Assembly: GCA_965203055.1 (NCBI GenBank)
Contig: OZ241863.1
Coordinates: 3,264,001 to 3,328,000, forward strand
Direction of reading: 5' to 3'
Length of the DNA: 64,000 nt
Source of the DNA: Spirochaetia bacterium
GTDB lineage: Bacteria; Spirochaetota; Spirochaetia; SZUA-6; Bin103
Position numbers and translations under genes: made by a program. Position 1 is the first letter of the stretch; each line of letters begins with the position of its first letter. The notes beneath the pieces are model-generated. The model was not told the DNA's origin, made no database searches, and was given only the letters and a program-made list of their open reading frames with translations. Shown here in pieces: positions 1 to 9,780 of the stretch.

Positions 1-2133
1 CTATGCCTCCTTGAAGATCATGGCAACGACAGCCCCATCGTATTCGGACGGTAGGTCCACCTCGCCGGGTTGCGGAAAGGCGAGCCGACCGCCGTTCAGT
101 TCCATCGCCAGATTCGCGTAGTACAGCCCGAGTCCCATGCCGTGCGGTTTGCGTGTGAAGAAGGGGCGGGACAGATGCTGAGGAGTATCCTGGAATCCAA
201 TGCCGTTATCGGCGACCACAAGCGCGGGGCCGCCTTCCAGTTCACGGGATACGTCAATGAGCAGTCGGCGCGGCGAGCGCTTGCTGTCCGCCGGACGGTC
301 CAGCCAGCGTACCTGCAGCCAGTACACCGAGTTGTCGATCAGATTGTTGAGGGCTCCGAGCACCAGTCCCAGGGAGAAACGTGACTCGAACCCTCTTTCC
401 CCTGCCAGCAGCGGCGACTCGAACCGGACGCGATGATGCCGGAACCGGAGGAGATTGAACTGCTGACCCAGCGTGACGAGGCGGTGCGCGGCGTGAAGTT
501 TCATGCGATCGCGCCGCAGCAGGGTGCCAAAGCCGTCGAGCACGCCGATCAGGTCTTGCGTCTGCCGCGCGGCTCCTGCCAAATCCCTGCCTTTGACGAT
601 CACGTTACGCAGGGCGTGGACGCCGTGCTCTACCTCGTGGAACACGACGGCAAGGTTGAGGCCGGACATGCCGGCGGCAAGCATGGTCTCCTGCATCTCA
701 CGATAGTCGCGCTCGATCTTCGCCACGTACGGTTCAAGCCCTTCGGCTCCGCGGCGTGCCATGGTTTGCCGCAACTCCCGGATCGGGTCTTCGATGCGGG
801 GAGCCAGCGCGTCGGACGTCTGCTGCGTAATCTGACTGATCTTTTCTTTATCGATCCGCCGCTCCGCCTCCAGTGTTCCGAGCGCCCCCAGTACGACTTG
901 CCGGAGTCGCGCGCACGCATCGTTGTCGATAAATCCTTCGCGGTTGGTCTTCTCCCGGAGCGCCGTGGAGTCTGCGAGAGACAGATCGACTGCCCCCAAA
1001 ATGACGTTCCGGCTGATCTTGCGCATCGGCGCGTTCCCGTGCCGGAGGGCGAGGCCAAGCCAGTCGTCTTCCGGTTCGCCGTAGTTGTACACCCGGATAC
1101 CGTCACGGTAGACCCGAATCCCGCCGTTCTGGTCGAGATAATCGGTCATCAGGCGGGTGTGCCCAAGCCGCCGCAGCACTTCCCGGTCACGGTCGAACAC
1201 GTAGAACACGCCCGTGACCGGCCCGATGCCCTGCGTGGTCGCGGGGTCAGCAACCACCTTGCGGTCCAGCATGCCGTTGCCTGAGTCCGGCGGAAGTTGC
1301 AACCGGTCACCAGTCTTCGCTACCTTGCGTCCCTTGAGATCGAAGCCGGCAGCCGGACGAAATTGGTACGTGCAGTCCAGTTGTGACCCGCTCAAATGGA
1401 ATCGGAACTTCCACATGGCCCGTTCCAGTATTGCGGCGAAGTCCGGCAGGTCCTCGATCCAGTGTTCCCGGCCCGGGACCCGGAGCACTGCCCGGAACTC
1501 CCCGACACGTTCGAACGGCGAGCAGATCGACGTCATCTGGTTGCAGAGGCTGCGTACCTCGCGGCGCGTCCACTTCGGCGGCCGCAGCTCGCGCACCTCA
1601 ATGCAGGTTCCCGTCCGCCCACCTGTGAACATCTTCGGCTCACGGCTCAGTATCGAGACCGGCGCTTCATCCAGGAAGGGCCGGTCGAGCAAGGCGTTCC
1701 AGTCGATGTCCACCACGCACTCATCGGAGTCGCGAGCCCGCGTCGTCAACGTGATGCGGTTGCCGAGCTTGTGCACCGCGAATCGTCCCAGCCCCTTCTC
1801 GCCAAGCGGAAGCCGGCGGTGGCGGCGGGAGCGCTGGTTGTTTCGGCGCTGGCGGTGCCGATGTTCGTCGCCCGGCACCAGCCACACCGACTGCAGAACG
1901 TCAAGCGACATGCCCTCCCCATCGTCGGTAACGGCAATCATCGCCTTATTGGAGTCCGTCAGGTTCAGGCGCACGATTGCCTCGTTCGCGTCGGCGTCGT
2001 ATGCGTTCTTGACCAGCTCGAACACGGCCAGCCGGGGGCTGCCGATCAGCTCGTCGCCGAGTAGCTGCAGCACCCTCGCCCGCGGCCGGAACGGCTGCTT
2101 GGCTATCCGTTCCCTTACGCTCACCTCAGCCAT
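1..2133 (-). CDS. GHKL ATPase (HATPase_c_3-like N-terminus) fused to a C-terminal histidine-kinase-like domain
   Basis: N-terminal ELVKNAYDA, DDGEGM, GEKGLGRFA motifs; C-terminal VFHEVEH, NNLIDNS, DNGIG, FFTRKPHGMGLGLY boxes. Confidence 0.85.
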   Translation of the reverse strand: MAEVSVRERIAKQPFRPRARVLQLLGDELIGSPRLAVFELVKNAYDADANEAIVRLNLTDSNKAMIAVTDDGEGMSLDVLQSVWLVPGDEHRHRQRRNNQRSRRHRRLPLGEKGLGRFAVHKLGNRITLTTRARDSDECVVDIDWNALLDRPFLDEAPVSILSREPKMFTGGRTGTCIEVRELRPPKWTRREVRSLCNQMTSICSPFERVGEFRAVLRVPGREHWIEDLPDFAAILERAMWKFRFHLSGSQLDCTYQFRPAAGFDLKGRKVAKTGDRLQLPPDSGNGMLDRKVVADPATTQGIGPVTGVFYVFDRDREVLRRLGHTRLMTDYLDQNGGIRVYRDGIRVYNYGEPEDDWLGLALRHGNAPMRKISRNVILGAVDLSLADSTALREKTNREGFIDNDACARLRQVVLGALGTLEAERRIDKEKISQITQQTSDALAPRIEDPIRELRQTMARRGAEGLEPYVAKIERDYREMQETMLAAGMSGLNLAVVFHEVEHGVHALRNVIVKGRDLAGAARQTQDLIGVLDGFGTLLRRDRMKLHAAHRLVTLGQQFNLLRFRHHRVRFESPLLAGERGFESRFSLGLVLGALNNLIDNSVYWLQVRWLDRPADSKRSPRRLLIDVSRELEGGPALVVADNGIGFQDTPQHLSRPFFTRKPHGMGLGLYYANLAMELNGGRLAFPQPGEVDLPSEYDGAVVAMIFKEA

Positions 2134-2269
2134 TTCGTCTCGTTCCGATTCGGACCGTGCACCGGGTTGCCCCTCGGGTGGCGTGGTCCTGAAGCCTGTT
2201 ATACACCAGCCCGGCGGGAATGACGATTACCGGCGAACGGATGGGGTATGCTGCGGCCCGAGGCCGCGG

Positions 2270-3564
2270 ATGCCCAACTTGGTGTTCATCATGTCGGACG
2301 AGGCGCGCAAGGACGTGGTGTTCCACGAGAAGTATTCCTTCGTGCGCACCCCGCACATCGACGCGCTGCGCGCCGAGGCGGTGTCGTTTCACCACTGTTT
2401 CGCCAACTACCCGGTGTGCGTGCCGTCGCGCGCTTCGGTGATCACCGGGCGCTATCCGCAGCAGCTCGGCGTGCTGAGCAACCGCCACCGCCTGCCGGCG
2501 GCCGAACGCGACCTCGGCCACCATCTTGCCGGCCACGGCTTCGACTGCGTCGCCTTCGGCAAGACCCACGGCGTCAATCGAGGGTTCCGCTCGGTCACCT
2601 ACGACACCGCGGCCGCCATGGGGTTCGGAAACCACGGCTACCTCGAGGATCCCGAGCTGATCACGGGGGTGTTCGACCGGCCCGCGGAGGAGTACTGCGA
2701 CTTCGTGGCCTGCCGGCAGTTCGACCACTACCTGCGCCACAGCGCGAGGGGAGCGCCCCGTTCGCGGCCTTCGTCGGCATCTACGCGCCCCATCCGCCGC
2801 TCTACCCGCCGCGCGCGTACGCCGGCCGCTACCGCGCCGCCGAAATCGAGCTGCCGGCGCCGCCGAGCGCGCAGGACAACGCCGCCCGGCCGGCAATCCA
2901 GGCGCGGCCCCGCCGGCGCTGGAACGCGTATCCCGAGGCGGTGCGGCGGCAGGTGATCGCCTCCTATCTCGCGCTGGTCACGCTGTTGGACGACTGTGTG
3001 GGACAGATCATGGCGGCGCTGCGCGCCGCCGGAACGCTCGACGACACGCTGGTGGTGCTGGTGTCCGATCACGGCGACCAGCTCGGCGAGCACGGCATGG
3101 CCGGCAAGATGGGCAGTCTGTACGAAGCGTCGATTCGGGTGCCGCTGGTGCTGCGCCTGCCGGGCGCCGCCCACGCCGGCGCGGAGCGGTTGCAGTTGGC
3201 GGAGCTGGTGGACCTGTTCCCGACCATCTGCGATCTCCTGGGCGTACCGCACCCCGAGGCGCAGGCGCCGGCGGGCCGCAGCCTGGCGCCGCTCCTGGCC
3301 GACCCGCAGGCCGAGCACCGCCGGGTAGTGCACGCGATGCTGCAAGAGGGTCAGATGGCGCGCCGCCGGAACCTCAAGCTCAACTTCTACGCCGGCGACC
3401 AGGGCGAACTCTACGACTTGGCCGAGGACCCCGGCGAGCTGGTCAATCGCTACGCCGACCCGGCCTACCGCGACCGCCGGCATGAGTTGCTGCAGGAGAT
3501 TGCGCGCTTCCTGATCCGCCATCCCCGGCCGCCCGACCGCGGCCGCAACGAGTTCTTCGGATAG
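2270..3564 (+). pseudogene. Sulfatase-like hydrolase, frameshifted near 2730-2760 (true pseudogene or sequencing error)
   Basis: MPNLVFIMSD and CVPSR (CxPxR) in one frame; APHPP, SDHGDQLGEHG, ELYDLAEDPGE continue in another frame to TAG at 3564. Confidence 0.8.
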
Positions 3565-3578
3565 CGACCGGCGCGGGC

Positions 3579-4682
3579 TCAGAGTGGCGCCAGGCGGTAG
3601 CTGGTACTGCGGCCGCCGGGCGGGTTTCGTACCATGACGCCGCGCTCCAGCAGGCCGCGCAGGTCGCGCAACGCCGTGTCGGTCGAACACTTGGCCAGCT
3701 TGGCGTACTTCGAGGTGGTCATGTGACCGGCGAAGTCGTCCAGCATGCGGTTGACGACCCGGCGCTGCCGCGGGTTCACCGGCCGTTCGTCGATCCGTTG
3801 CCAGAGCCGGGCGCGGTACAGCACCGAGTCGAGCTGCTCGCCGGCGGCGCGGACGGCGTGGTCGAGGCACTCCAGGAACCAGGTGAGCCACAGCGTGAGG
3901 TCGAGGCTGCCCCGTTGGCTGGCTTCGAGCCGGCGGTAGTACGCCCGGCGCCGCGCTTCGATGGCCGACGCCAGGCTGTAGAAGCGCTCCCAGACGCCGT
4001 CCGCCTGGGCCAGCGCCAGTTCGGCGATTGCGCGGCCGATGCGGCCGTTGCCGTCGTCGAACGGATGAATCGTCACGAACCAGAAGTGCGCGACGCCGGC
4101 CCGGAGTACGGGGTCGATGGCCGGCGGTGACGCGAACCAAGTCAGGAAGCGCGTCATCTCGGCCGCGAGGCGCGGCGCCGCGGGTGCCTGGAAGTGCACC
4201 CGCTCCCTGCCGGCCGGTCCCGACACCACCTGCATCGGGCCGCCGACATCGGTCCGCCACGCGCCGGTGGTGATGCGCGCCATCCCGCTGCGGCCGGTTG
4301 GAAACAGCGCTGCGTGCCAGCCGAACAGCCGCTCGGCGGTAAGCGGCCGTTGCCAATCCCGGGTCGCGTCGAGCGTCATTTCGACCGCGCCGTCGACGGC
4401 CCGCCCCGGCGCCGGAAGTCCGGCCGCGTCGAGGCCGAGGCGGCGCGCTATCGAGGAACGGACCTCGGCGCGGTCGAGCCGCTCCCCTTCGATGGCCCAC
4501 GACTTCACCACCTCCTCGGCGAGGACCGCGGCGTTGGCCGCGCTGCGGACCTCGAGTCCGAGCGCCTCCATCCGGCCAAGGTGCCTGCCCTGGCGGTGGC
4601 GCACCGCGGCCAGCGGCCCGGTCAAGGCCGCGTCGTCCCGGAAGAATGCCGGCCACTCCGGCAGGTCATGGATCCAGCCCAT
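3579..4682 (-). CDS. Fic family protein (DUF4172 N-terminus, Fic domain, C-terminal HTH)
   Basis: Fic motif HPFDDGNGRIGR; N-terminal WIHDLPEWPAF; C-terminal STDTALRDL...GGRSTSY. Confidence 0.9.
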   Translation of the reverse strand: MGWIHDLPEWPAFFRDDAALTGPLAAVRHRQGRHLGRMEALGLEVRSAANAAVLAEEVVKSWAIEGERLDRAEVRSSIARRLGLDAAGLPAPGRAVDGAVEMTLDATRDWQRPLTAERLFGWHAALFPTGRSGMARITTGAWRTDVGGPMQVVSGPAGRERVHFQAPAAPRLAAEMTRFLTWFASPPAIDPVLRAGVAHFWFVTIHPFDDGNGRIGRAIAELALAQADGVWERFYSLASAIEARRRAYYRRLEASQRGSLDLTLWLTWFLECLDHAVRAAGEQLDSVLYRARLWQRIDERPVNPRQRRVVNRMLDDFAGHMTTSKYAKLAKCSTDTALRDLRGLLERGVMVRNPPGGRSTSYRLAPL

Positions 4683-4725
4683 ATTCGCCGCAAACGGTGC
4701 GGTGAATATGGCCCCATTCACCGCA
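4681..4725. promoter_or_regulatory. Operator-like inverted repeats overlapping the Fic gene start
   Basis: ATATTCGCCGCA-N5-TGCGGTGAATAT (4681-4709) plus a third half-site ATTCACCGCA (4716-4725). Confidence 0.6.
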
Positions 4726-4777
4726 TGGAGCAAGCAACGCAGGTCAGGAGACGTACTTCCAATTTGTTGGTACCGGT

Positions 4778-5010
4778 CCCGCCCTCGAAGCCGCCGCTGG
4801 AAAGGCGCACTACGAGTATCGCGCCGCGCTCATGGTGAACAACAACGAGGGGACCAAGATATACAACCGCTTCCACGACCTCTACGAGACCGACCCGCGC
4901 ATCATCGAACTGCGCGAGCTGCACTCCGCCATGGACCGCGCCGGAGTCCGCAACGAAGTGCCCGCCTGCTTGCCCTCAACGCCACCCGCGCCGCCGCCGA
5001 AGCCGGCCCT
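4778..5010 (+). pseudogene. Relic of the 3' end of a type IIG (MmeI/Eco57I-like) R-M gene
   Basis: Translates to PALEAAAGKAHYEYRAALMVNNNEG-TKIYNRFHD...IIELRELHSAMDRA, then in a shifted frame ARLLALNATRAAAE; resembles C-termini of this family as I recall them. Confidence 0.65.
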
Positions 5011-5141
5011 TCGGTACCCGGCAGATCGCGCCCTGTCGACGCCGGTGACATTCTCGGCAGTAGCATCTGACGGAACGTCCAGCCGCTTCGAAATGCGTCG
5101 CCGAGTCACGCCCGCAGGTGGCATCTTCCGGGCCGAAGAAC

Positions 5142-5170
5142 TTGACTCAAATAGTTTCCATGATTATACT
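5142..5170 (+). promoter_or_regulatory. Sigma70-like promoter of HNH copy 1, probably giving a leaderless mRNA
   Basis: TTGACT (5142-5147)-17 bp-TATACT (5165-5170); ATG 6 nt downstream; conserved in copy 2. Confidence 0.7.
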
Positions 5171-5176
5171 TATATC

Positions 5177-6526
5177 ATGAACAAACATGCTTCCGACGGG
5201 GCCGTCACCACTACCGTTTCCGCCCTCTCAGACGACCGCCTGCTGGAGCGGACCAAGGAACTTTCCGGCATCGAACACCATCTCGAAGTGGTCGTCATCG
5301 ACCACCTGCGCGAGATTCATAAGCGCCGCCTGTATCTGCGGCGCGGGTTCTCGAGTCTGTTCGATTACGCGGTGCGCGAACTGGGTTACAGCGACGCCGC
5401 GGCGTGGCGGCGCATCAAGGCGATGCGGCTCTGCGCTGACGTCGAGGGCGCGCGGGAGCGCCTGCAGAATGGCACGATGACGCTGAACGCGGCCGCGCAG
5501 TTGCAGCATGCGTTCGACCGGCAGGAACGCAAGAAGGAACGCGCGGCGCGTAGCGCGCCGGGCGGGGCCGGGTGCGGGGCAGCCGCTCAGTCGCAGGAGG
5601 GCTCGGCGCCGGCGCGGCCGGCGGAGCGGAAGCCGGTGCCGGTGCTGGACTCGGAAGCGCGGCGGGAGTTGGTGGAGCAGGCGTCGGGCAAGAGCAGCCG
5701 GGAGGTGATGCAGTTGCTGGCCGAGGTGGACCCGGAGCTGGCGGCGCCGGCGGATCGGGTGCGGCCCCTGGGCGGCGGGCGCTGGGAACTCAAGACGGTG
5801 ATCGACGATGAGTGCCGGCGGGGCTTGGAGCGGCTCCAGGGCCTCCTGTCCCACGTTGACCCGCACCTGACGATGGGGCAGCTCATGGGGCGGCTGGTGC
5901 GGGAAGGGCTCGACCGCCACGACCCGGCCCGGCCGCCGCGCGGGCGGCGCGCCGCGCCGGCCAAAGGCGCCGAGCAAACTTCGGCGGCGAAGACGCAGGC
6001 GGCCGCAGCTCGCGGCGCTGCCTCGGCAGCGAAGCAGGAGACCAGCGCGGACAGCGCGGCTCCTTCGGCGGCGAAGGTATCGGCTCAGGCGCCGGCGCAG
6101 CCGGGAGGCCAAGCCGCTGACCGCCCGGACACTTCGGCAGCGAAGCCGGCGACCGACGCCACTTCGGCGCCGAAGACGCGGCGCCTCGGCCGGCCGGCTG
6201 CGGCGTGCGCGCAGCCGGCGGCGCCGCCGCGGACCCAGACTTCGGCAGCGAAGACGGGCGTGACCGGCCGCGCCATCCCGGCGGCGGTCAAGCGCGAGGT
6301 GTGGCGGCGCGACCGGGGCCGCTGCCGCTACGTGGACCGCATCAGCGGGCGCCGCTGCGGCTCGCAACACCTGCTGCAGATCGATCACGTGGTGCCGTAT
6401 GCCTGCGGCGGCGGCGCCGAGCCGAACAATCTCCGCCTGCTGTGCGCCGCCCATCATCGCTACCGCCACATCGACGCCGGATTCGGCCGCCCCGGCGAGG
6501 ATCGTCAGGCGCCGGTAGACCGGTGA
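5177..6526 (+). CDS. HNH endonuclease with DUF222-like N-terminal region and Ala/Pro-rich linker
   Basis: RAIPAAVKREVWRRDRGRCRY...LQIDHVVP...GG...NNLRLLCAAHH; N-terminal RRLYLRRGFSSLFDYAVRELGYS. Confidence 0.85.
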   Translation: MNKHASDGAVTTTVSALSDDRLLERTKELSGIEHHLEVVVIDHLREIHKRRLYLRRGFSSLFDYAVRELGYSDAAAWRRIKAMRLCADVEGARERLQNGTMTLNAAAQLQHAFDRQERKKERAARSAPGGAGCGAAAQSQEGSAPARPAERKPVPVLDSEARRELVEQASGKSSREVMQLLAEVDPELAAPADRVRPLGGGRWELKTVIDDECRRGLERLQGLLSHVDPHLTMGQLMGRLVREGLDRHDPARPPRGRRAAPAKGAEQTSAAKTQAAAARGAASAAKQETSADSAAPSAAKVSAQAPAQPGGQAADRPDTSAAKPATDATSAPKTRRLGRPAAACAQPAAPPRTQTSAAKTGVTGRAIPAAVKREVWRRDRGRCRYVDRISGRRCGSQHLLQIDHVVPYACGGGAEPNNLRLLCAAHHRYRHIDAGFGRPGEDRQAPVDR

Positions 6527-6672
6527 TCAAGATCGCCGAGAAACGTCATCTTACACTGGGACTGGGACTGGACTTGGGCTTGGCCGCCAAGCGGCCTGTC
6601 GCTTACCTACATTTTGAAGTGCGCCCAGGTCGGGTGTGCGGCAGGCGTGCGGCTTGGTTTACATTACCCGGC

Positions 6673-7899
6673 ATGAGGATCAGATCGCGCATCATGGGCG
6701 CGCTGCTGGCGGCGGGCATGCTGGCCGGCGCGGGCGCCGCCCACGGGCATCAGGGCGAGGCGCTGCGGATCGGGTTGCTGCTGAACTTCAGCGATGCCGG
6801 AGACCTGGACCTGCGGCGGGCGTTCGACCTGGCGGTGGAGCATCTGAACGCGGCCGGCGGCGTGCTGGGCCATCCGGTGGAGAGCGTGATGGCGGAACCC
6901 ACCCCCGACCCGGCCGCGGCGGTGGCGGCAGCGCGCCGCCTGGTCGAGGAGGAGGGCGCGCACGTCCTGGTCGGCCCCGGCACCAGCGCCACGTCGATTC
7001 CGGTCGCCGAACAGGTGAGCGGTCCGGGCGAGATTCCCACCATCAGCCCATCCGCCACCTCGCCGCAGTTGGCGGCGGTGGCGGACCGCGACTTCCTGTT
7101 CCGCACCGCCCTGTCCGACAGCGCGCAGGGGCCGATCCTGGCGCGCGTCACGCGCGAGCTCGGAGTGGACCACGCCGCCCTGATCTACCATGACGATCCA
7201 TGGGGGCGGGGACTGGCGGCCGCCTTCGCCGCGGCCTGGAGCGGATCGCTCACCGCGGCCGCGCTCGACCCGGCGCCGGCGGCCGTGCTGGAGGCGCTGC
7301 GGCGCGGCAAGGCGGCCGGCGCCCAGGCGCTGGTGGTGGTCGCGTTCGAGGCGGACGGAGCGGCGATCGTACGGCAGGCCGTTGAGCATGACCTGTACGA
7401 CCAGTTCATCTTCAGCGACGCGCTGAAGAGCCTGACGGTGGCGCAGGAGATCGGCGTGCGGCACGTCGCCGGCCAGTACGGGGTGGCCGCGGCGTCCGAT
7501 CCGAACAGCGCCGCGTCGGCGGCGTGGGAAGCGGCCTACCGGGAACGGTACGGCGCGCTGCCGGTACTGGCCTTCGTCAAGGAGATCTACGACGCCGCCA
7601 TCGCCCTGGGGCTGGCCGCCGAGGCGGCCGGCAGCACCGCCGGCGCGGCCATCCGCGACCAGTTGCGGGCGGTGGGCAGCGCGCCGGGCGCGGTGGTGAC
7701 CGCCGGGCCGGAAGGGGTGGCGGCGGCGCTGCGCATCCTGGCCGCCGGCGGGGCGGTCGACTACGACGGCGCCGCGGCCACGCTCGACTGGGACGCCAAC
7801 GGCGACCTGCGCCGCGGCCACGTCGGCATCTGGCGCTTCACTGCCGACGGCCGGATCGAAGACCTGGAGGCGGTACCGTTCGATGCAAACGTTCGCTGA
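6673..7899 (+). CDS. ABC transporter substrate-binding protein (LivK/branched-chain amino acid type)
   Basis: Signal peptide; LRIGLLL, LNAAGGVLG, ISPSATSPQL, FLFRTALSD, VDYDGAA..LDWDANGD. Confidence 0.85.
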   Translation: MRIRSRIMGALLAAGMLAGAGAAHGHQGEALRIGLLLNFSDAGDLDLRRAFDLAVEHLNAAGGVLGHPVESVMAEPTPDPAAAVAAARRLVEEEGAHVLVGPGTSATSIPVAEQVSGPGEIPTISPSATSPQLAAVADRDFLFRTALSDSAQGPILARVTRELGVDHAALIYHDDPWGRGLAAAFAAAWSGSLTAAALDPAPAAVLEALRRGKAAGAQALVVVAFEADGAAIVRQAVEHDLYDQFIFSDALKSLTVAQEIGVRHVAGQYGVAAASDPNSAASAAWEAAYRERYGALPVLAFVKEIYDAAIALGLAAEAAGSTAGAAIRDQLRAVGSAPGAVVTAGPEGVAAALRILAAGGAVDYDGAAATLDWDANGDLRRGHVGIWRFTADGRIEDLEAVPFDANVR

Positions 7900-9229
7900 T
7901 CCCACCTTCCCGCTGATACGCCTGCCGGAGGAGTTCCGCAGCCGGCGCCAGACGACGCGCGTCAATCCGGAGGCCGGCAGTTCGGTGGACCTGCTGCGCG
8001 CCGCGGGACCCGGCTGCGTGCGCCACCTGTGGCTCACCATTTCGGGGCGCGACGTGCCGCGCCCCGCGGCGGCCGCCGGGGTGATGCTGGAAATCACCGC
8101 CGACGCCGAATCCGGCGCCCGTCCCCAGGTGCGGCTGCCGCTGAATCAGTTCTTCGGCGTCCTCCTGGACCGCGGGCTGCCCTACCGGATGGAGTCCGCC
8201 GGGATCAAGCTGCTGCCCGACAACGCCTACAACCTGTACCTGCCGATCCCGTTCCGGGCCGGGTGCCGCATCACTCTGCATACTCCGAAGCGCCTGAGCG
8301 TGTGGGCGATGGCGGACTGGCAGGAGTACCCCGCCGGCGCGCCGGTCAGCGCGTTGCGCCTGCACGCCCACCATCACGCCGAGCATCCGGCGGCGGATCA
8401 CGGCTCCTTCCCGATCGGCGCCATTGGCGGCTCCGGCTTCGTGGCCGGCATCGTCAAGGGGATTCGCCAGCGTGACGCCGGGGATCTGATCTACCACACC
8501 GGCGGCGCGACTTGGCTGCTCGACGGGGAGACCGATCCGCACGCCCTGCGCGGCATCAACGAGGAAGACGACGTGGGCTTCTCGTTCGGCTACCGCGCGG
8601 TGCGCAGCCAGTGGAGCGGCTGCCCGCACGTGGTAATCGGCGGGGCGCAGGCGCCGGAGGCGGTCGCCTACCGCTTCTTCGGGCCGGACCCGATCAGGTT
8701 CCGTTCCTCGCTGGTGGCGCGCGGCGGCTCCCGCGCCGACGACACCGAAACCACGCTCTACTACTACCGCGCGGCCGGCAGCCGCGCGCCCGCGGTGGAG
8801 ACGCCGCCGCACTGGCAGGTCGCGGGGCCGGTGGCCTGCGCCGATTACGCGCAGTTCCGCCAGCCGCCGGGAACCGCCGAGCCGCCGCCGGAGTGGCGGG
8901 CCGAGGCGCGCGTCGCCGGCGAGCACACCTGGCTCGACCTGACCCACTGCTTCGGCGCCGCGCGGCCGTTGCTCGACGTGGCCGCGTATGCCCGCACCGT
9001 GCTGCGCAGCCCCGCCTCCCGCAACGCCGTGCTGAGGCTGGGCTTCGACGACTGGCTCACGGTGTGGGTCAACGGCGCCGAGTGCGCCAGCCTGCGGCAC
9101 GACGACGGCTTTGCCGTCGCCCGCGTCCCGGTCCGCCTGCGGGCCGGAGACAACGAGCTGCTGGTGAAGCTGAGCAACGCGCTGAACCGCGAGTACCGGT
9201 TGTGGGCGTTGAGCTGCGTGGTGGAGTGA
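7883..9229 (+). CDS. DUF2961 (GH172-like) domain protein with C-terminal beta-sandwich
   Basis: GPGCVRHLWLT, NLYLPIPFRAGCRIT, RGINEED, AYRFFGPDPIRF; C-terminal LGFDDWLTVWVNG...GDNELLVK. Confidence 0.7.
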   Translation: MQTFADPTFPLIRLPEEFRSRRQTTRVNPEAGSSVDLLRAAGPGCVRHLWLTISGRDVPRPAAAAGVMLEITADAESGARPQVRLPLNQFFGVLLDRGLPYRMESAGIKLLPDNAYNLYLPIPFRAGCRITLHTPKRLSVWAMADWQEYPAGAPVSALRLHAHHHAEHPAADHGSFPIGAIGGSGFVAGIVKGIRQRDAGDLIYHTGGATWLLDGETDPHALRGINEEDDVGFSFGYRAVRSQWSGCPHVVIGGAQAPEAVAYRFFGPDPIRFRSSLVARGGSRADDTETTLYYYRAAGSRAPAVETPPHWQVAGPVACADYAQFRQPPGTAEPPPEWRAEARVAGEHTWLDLTHCFGAARPLLDVAAYARTVLRSPASRNAVLRLGFDDWLTVWVNGAECASLRHDDGFAVARVPVRLRAGDNELLVKLSNALNREYRLWALSCVVE

Positions 9230-9286
9230 GCGGCCGCGGCGCAATTGCCGGGCCGCTGGGTGCGCGCCGCGGCTGAGCCGTCCGGT

Positions 9287-9706
9287 TCAGCCGCGCGGCA
9301 ATTCGTAGTTGATCATCCAGTTGATGCCGAACTGGTCGGTGCAGGTACCGAAGTAGGCGCCCCAGAACTGCTCCTCCATCGGCATGGTGGCCGCGCCGCC
9401 GGCCGCGAGCTTGGCGAACAGGTCGTCGGCCTGTTCACGGCTGTCGGGACTGATCGACACCGAGAAGTTGTTGCCGCTGGTCACTTCCGGTCCGAAGCCG
9501 GAGCTGTCGCTACCCATCAGCACGCCGGACCCGATCGGCAGCGACACGTGCATGATCAGGTCGCCCTTGTCGGCGGGTACCCCGATGTCGTGCGGCGCGT
9601 CGGCAAAGGTCTGGATGAAGCTGAACTCGCCGCCGAACACCGAGCGGTAGAACTCGAAGGCGGCGCGGCAGTTGTCGTCGAAGGTCAGGTAGATGTTGAT
9701 GTTGAT
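9287..9706 (-). CDS. VOC/PhnB family protein
   Basis: IYLTFDDNCRAAFEFYRSVFGG, IMHVSL, LMGSD, FWGAYFG...DQFGINWMI; expected start codon reads ATC after a GGAGGG SD. Confidence 0.85.
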   Translation of the reverse strand: MNINIYLTFDDNCRAAFEFYRSVFGGEFSFIQTFADAPHDIGVPADKGDLIMHVSLPIGSGVLMGSDSSGFGPEVTSGNNFSVSISPDSREQADDLFAKLAAGGAATMPMEEQFWGAYFGTCTDQFGINWMINYELPRG

Positions 9707-9780
9707 GGCGGTATCCCTCCGGGGCCGGAAGGTAGCGAAGGCGGCGCCGGCGGGCAACCTCGAACCGGTCCGCGCGCGGC

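Larger units (their letters stand above)
4749..6626 (+). mobile_element. Transposase-less TIR-bounded HNH element, copy 1
   Basis: Left end AGACGTACTTCCAATTTGTTGGTA, right end TACCTACATTTTGAAGTGCGCCC (imperfect inverted repeat); flanks AGGTCAGG / AGGTCGGG; highly similar to 60926-62624. Confidence 0.75.

Noticed and set aside
2730..2760. Programmed frameshifting in the sulfatase, HNH copy 2 or Rpn tail
   Set aside because: Single-base losses in or near short G/C runs with no slippery-site or stimulator pattern; sequencing error or decay is simpler
4808..5036. Variable segment between conserved blocks upstream of the HNH genes as a guide RNA or spacer (OMEGA/HEARO-like)
   Set aside because: Both variants and the adjacent conserved block translate as pieces of one R-M gene tail, so differential deletion explains them; the protein shows no RuvC/IscB motifs
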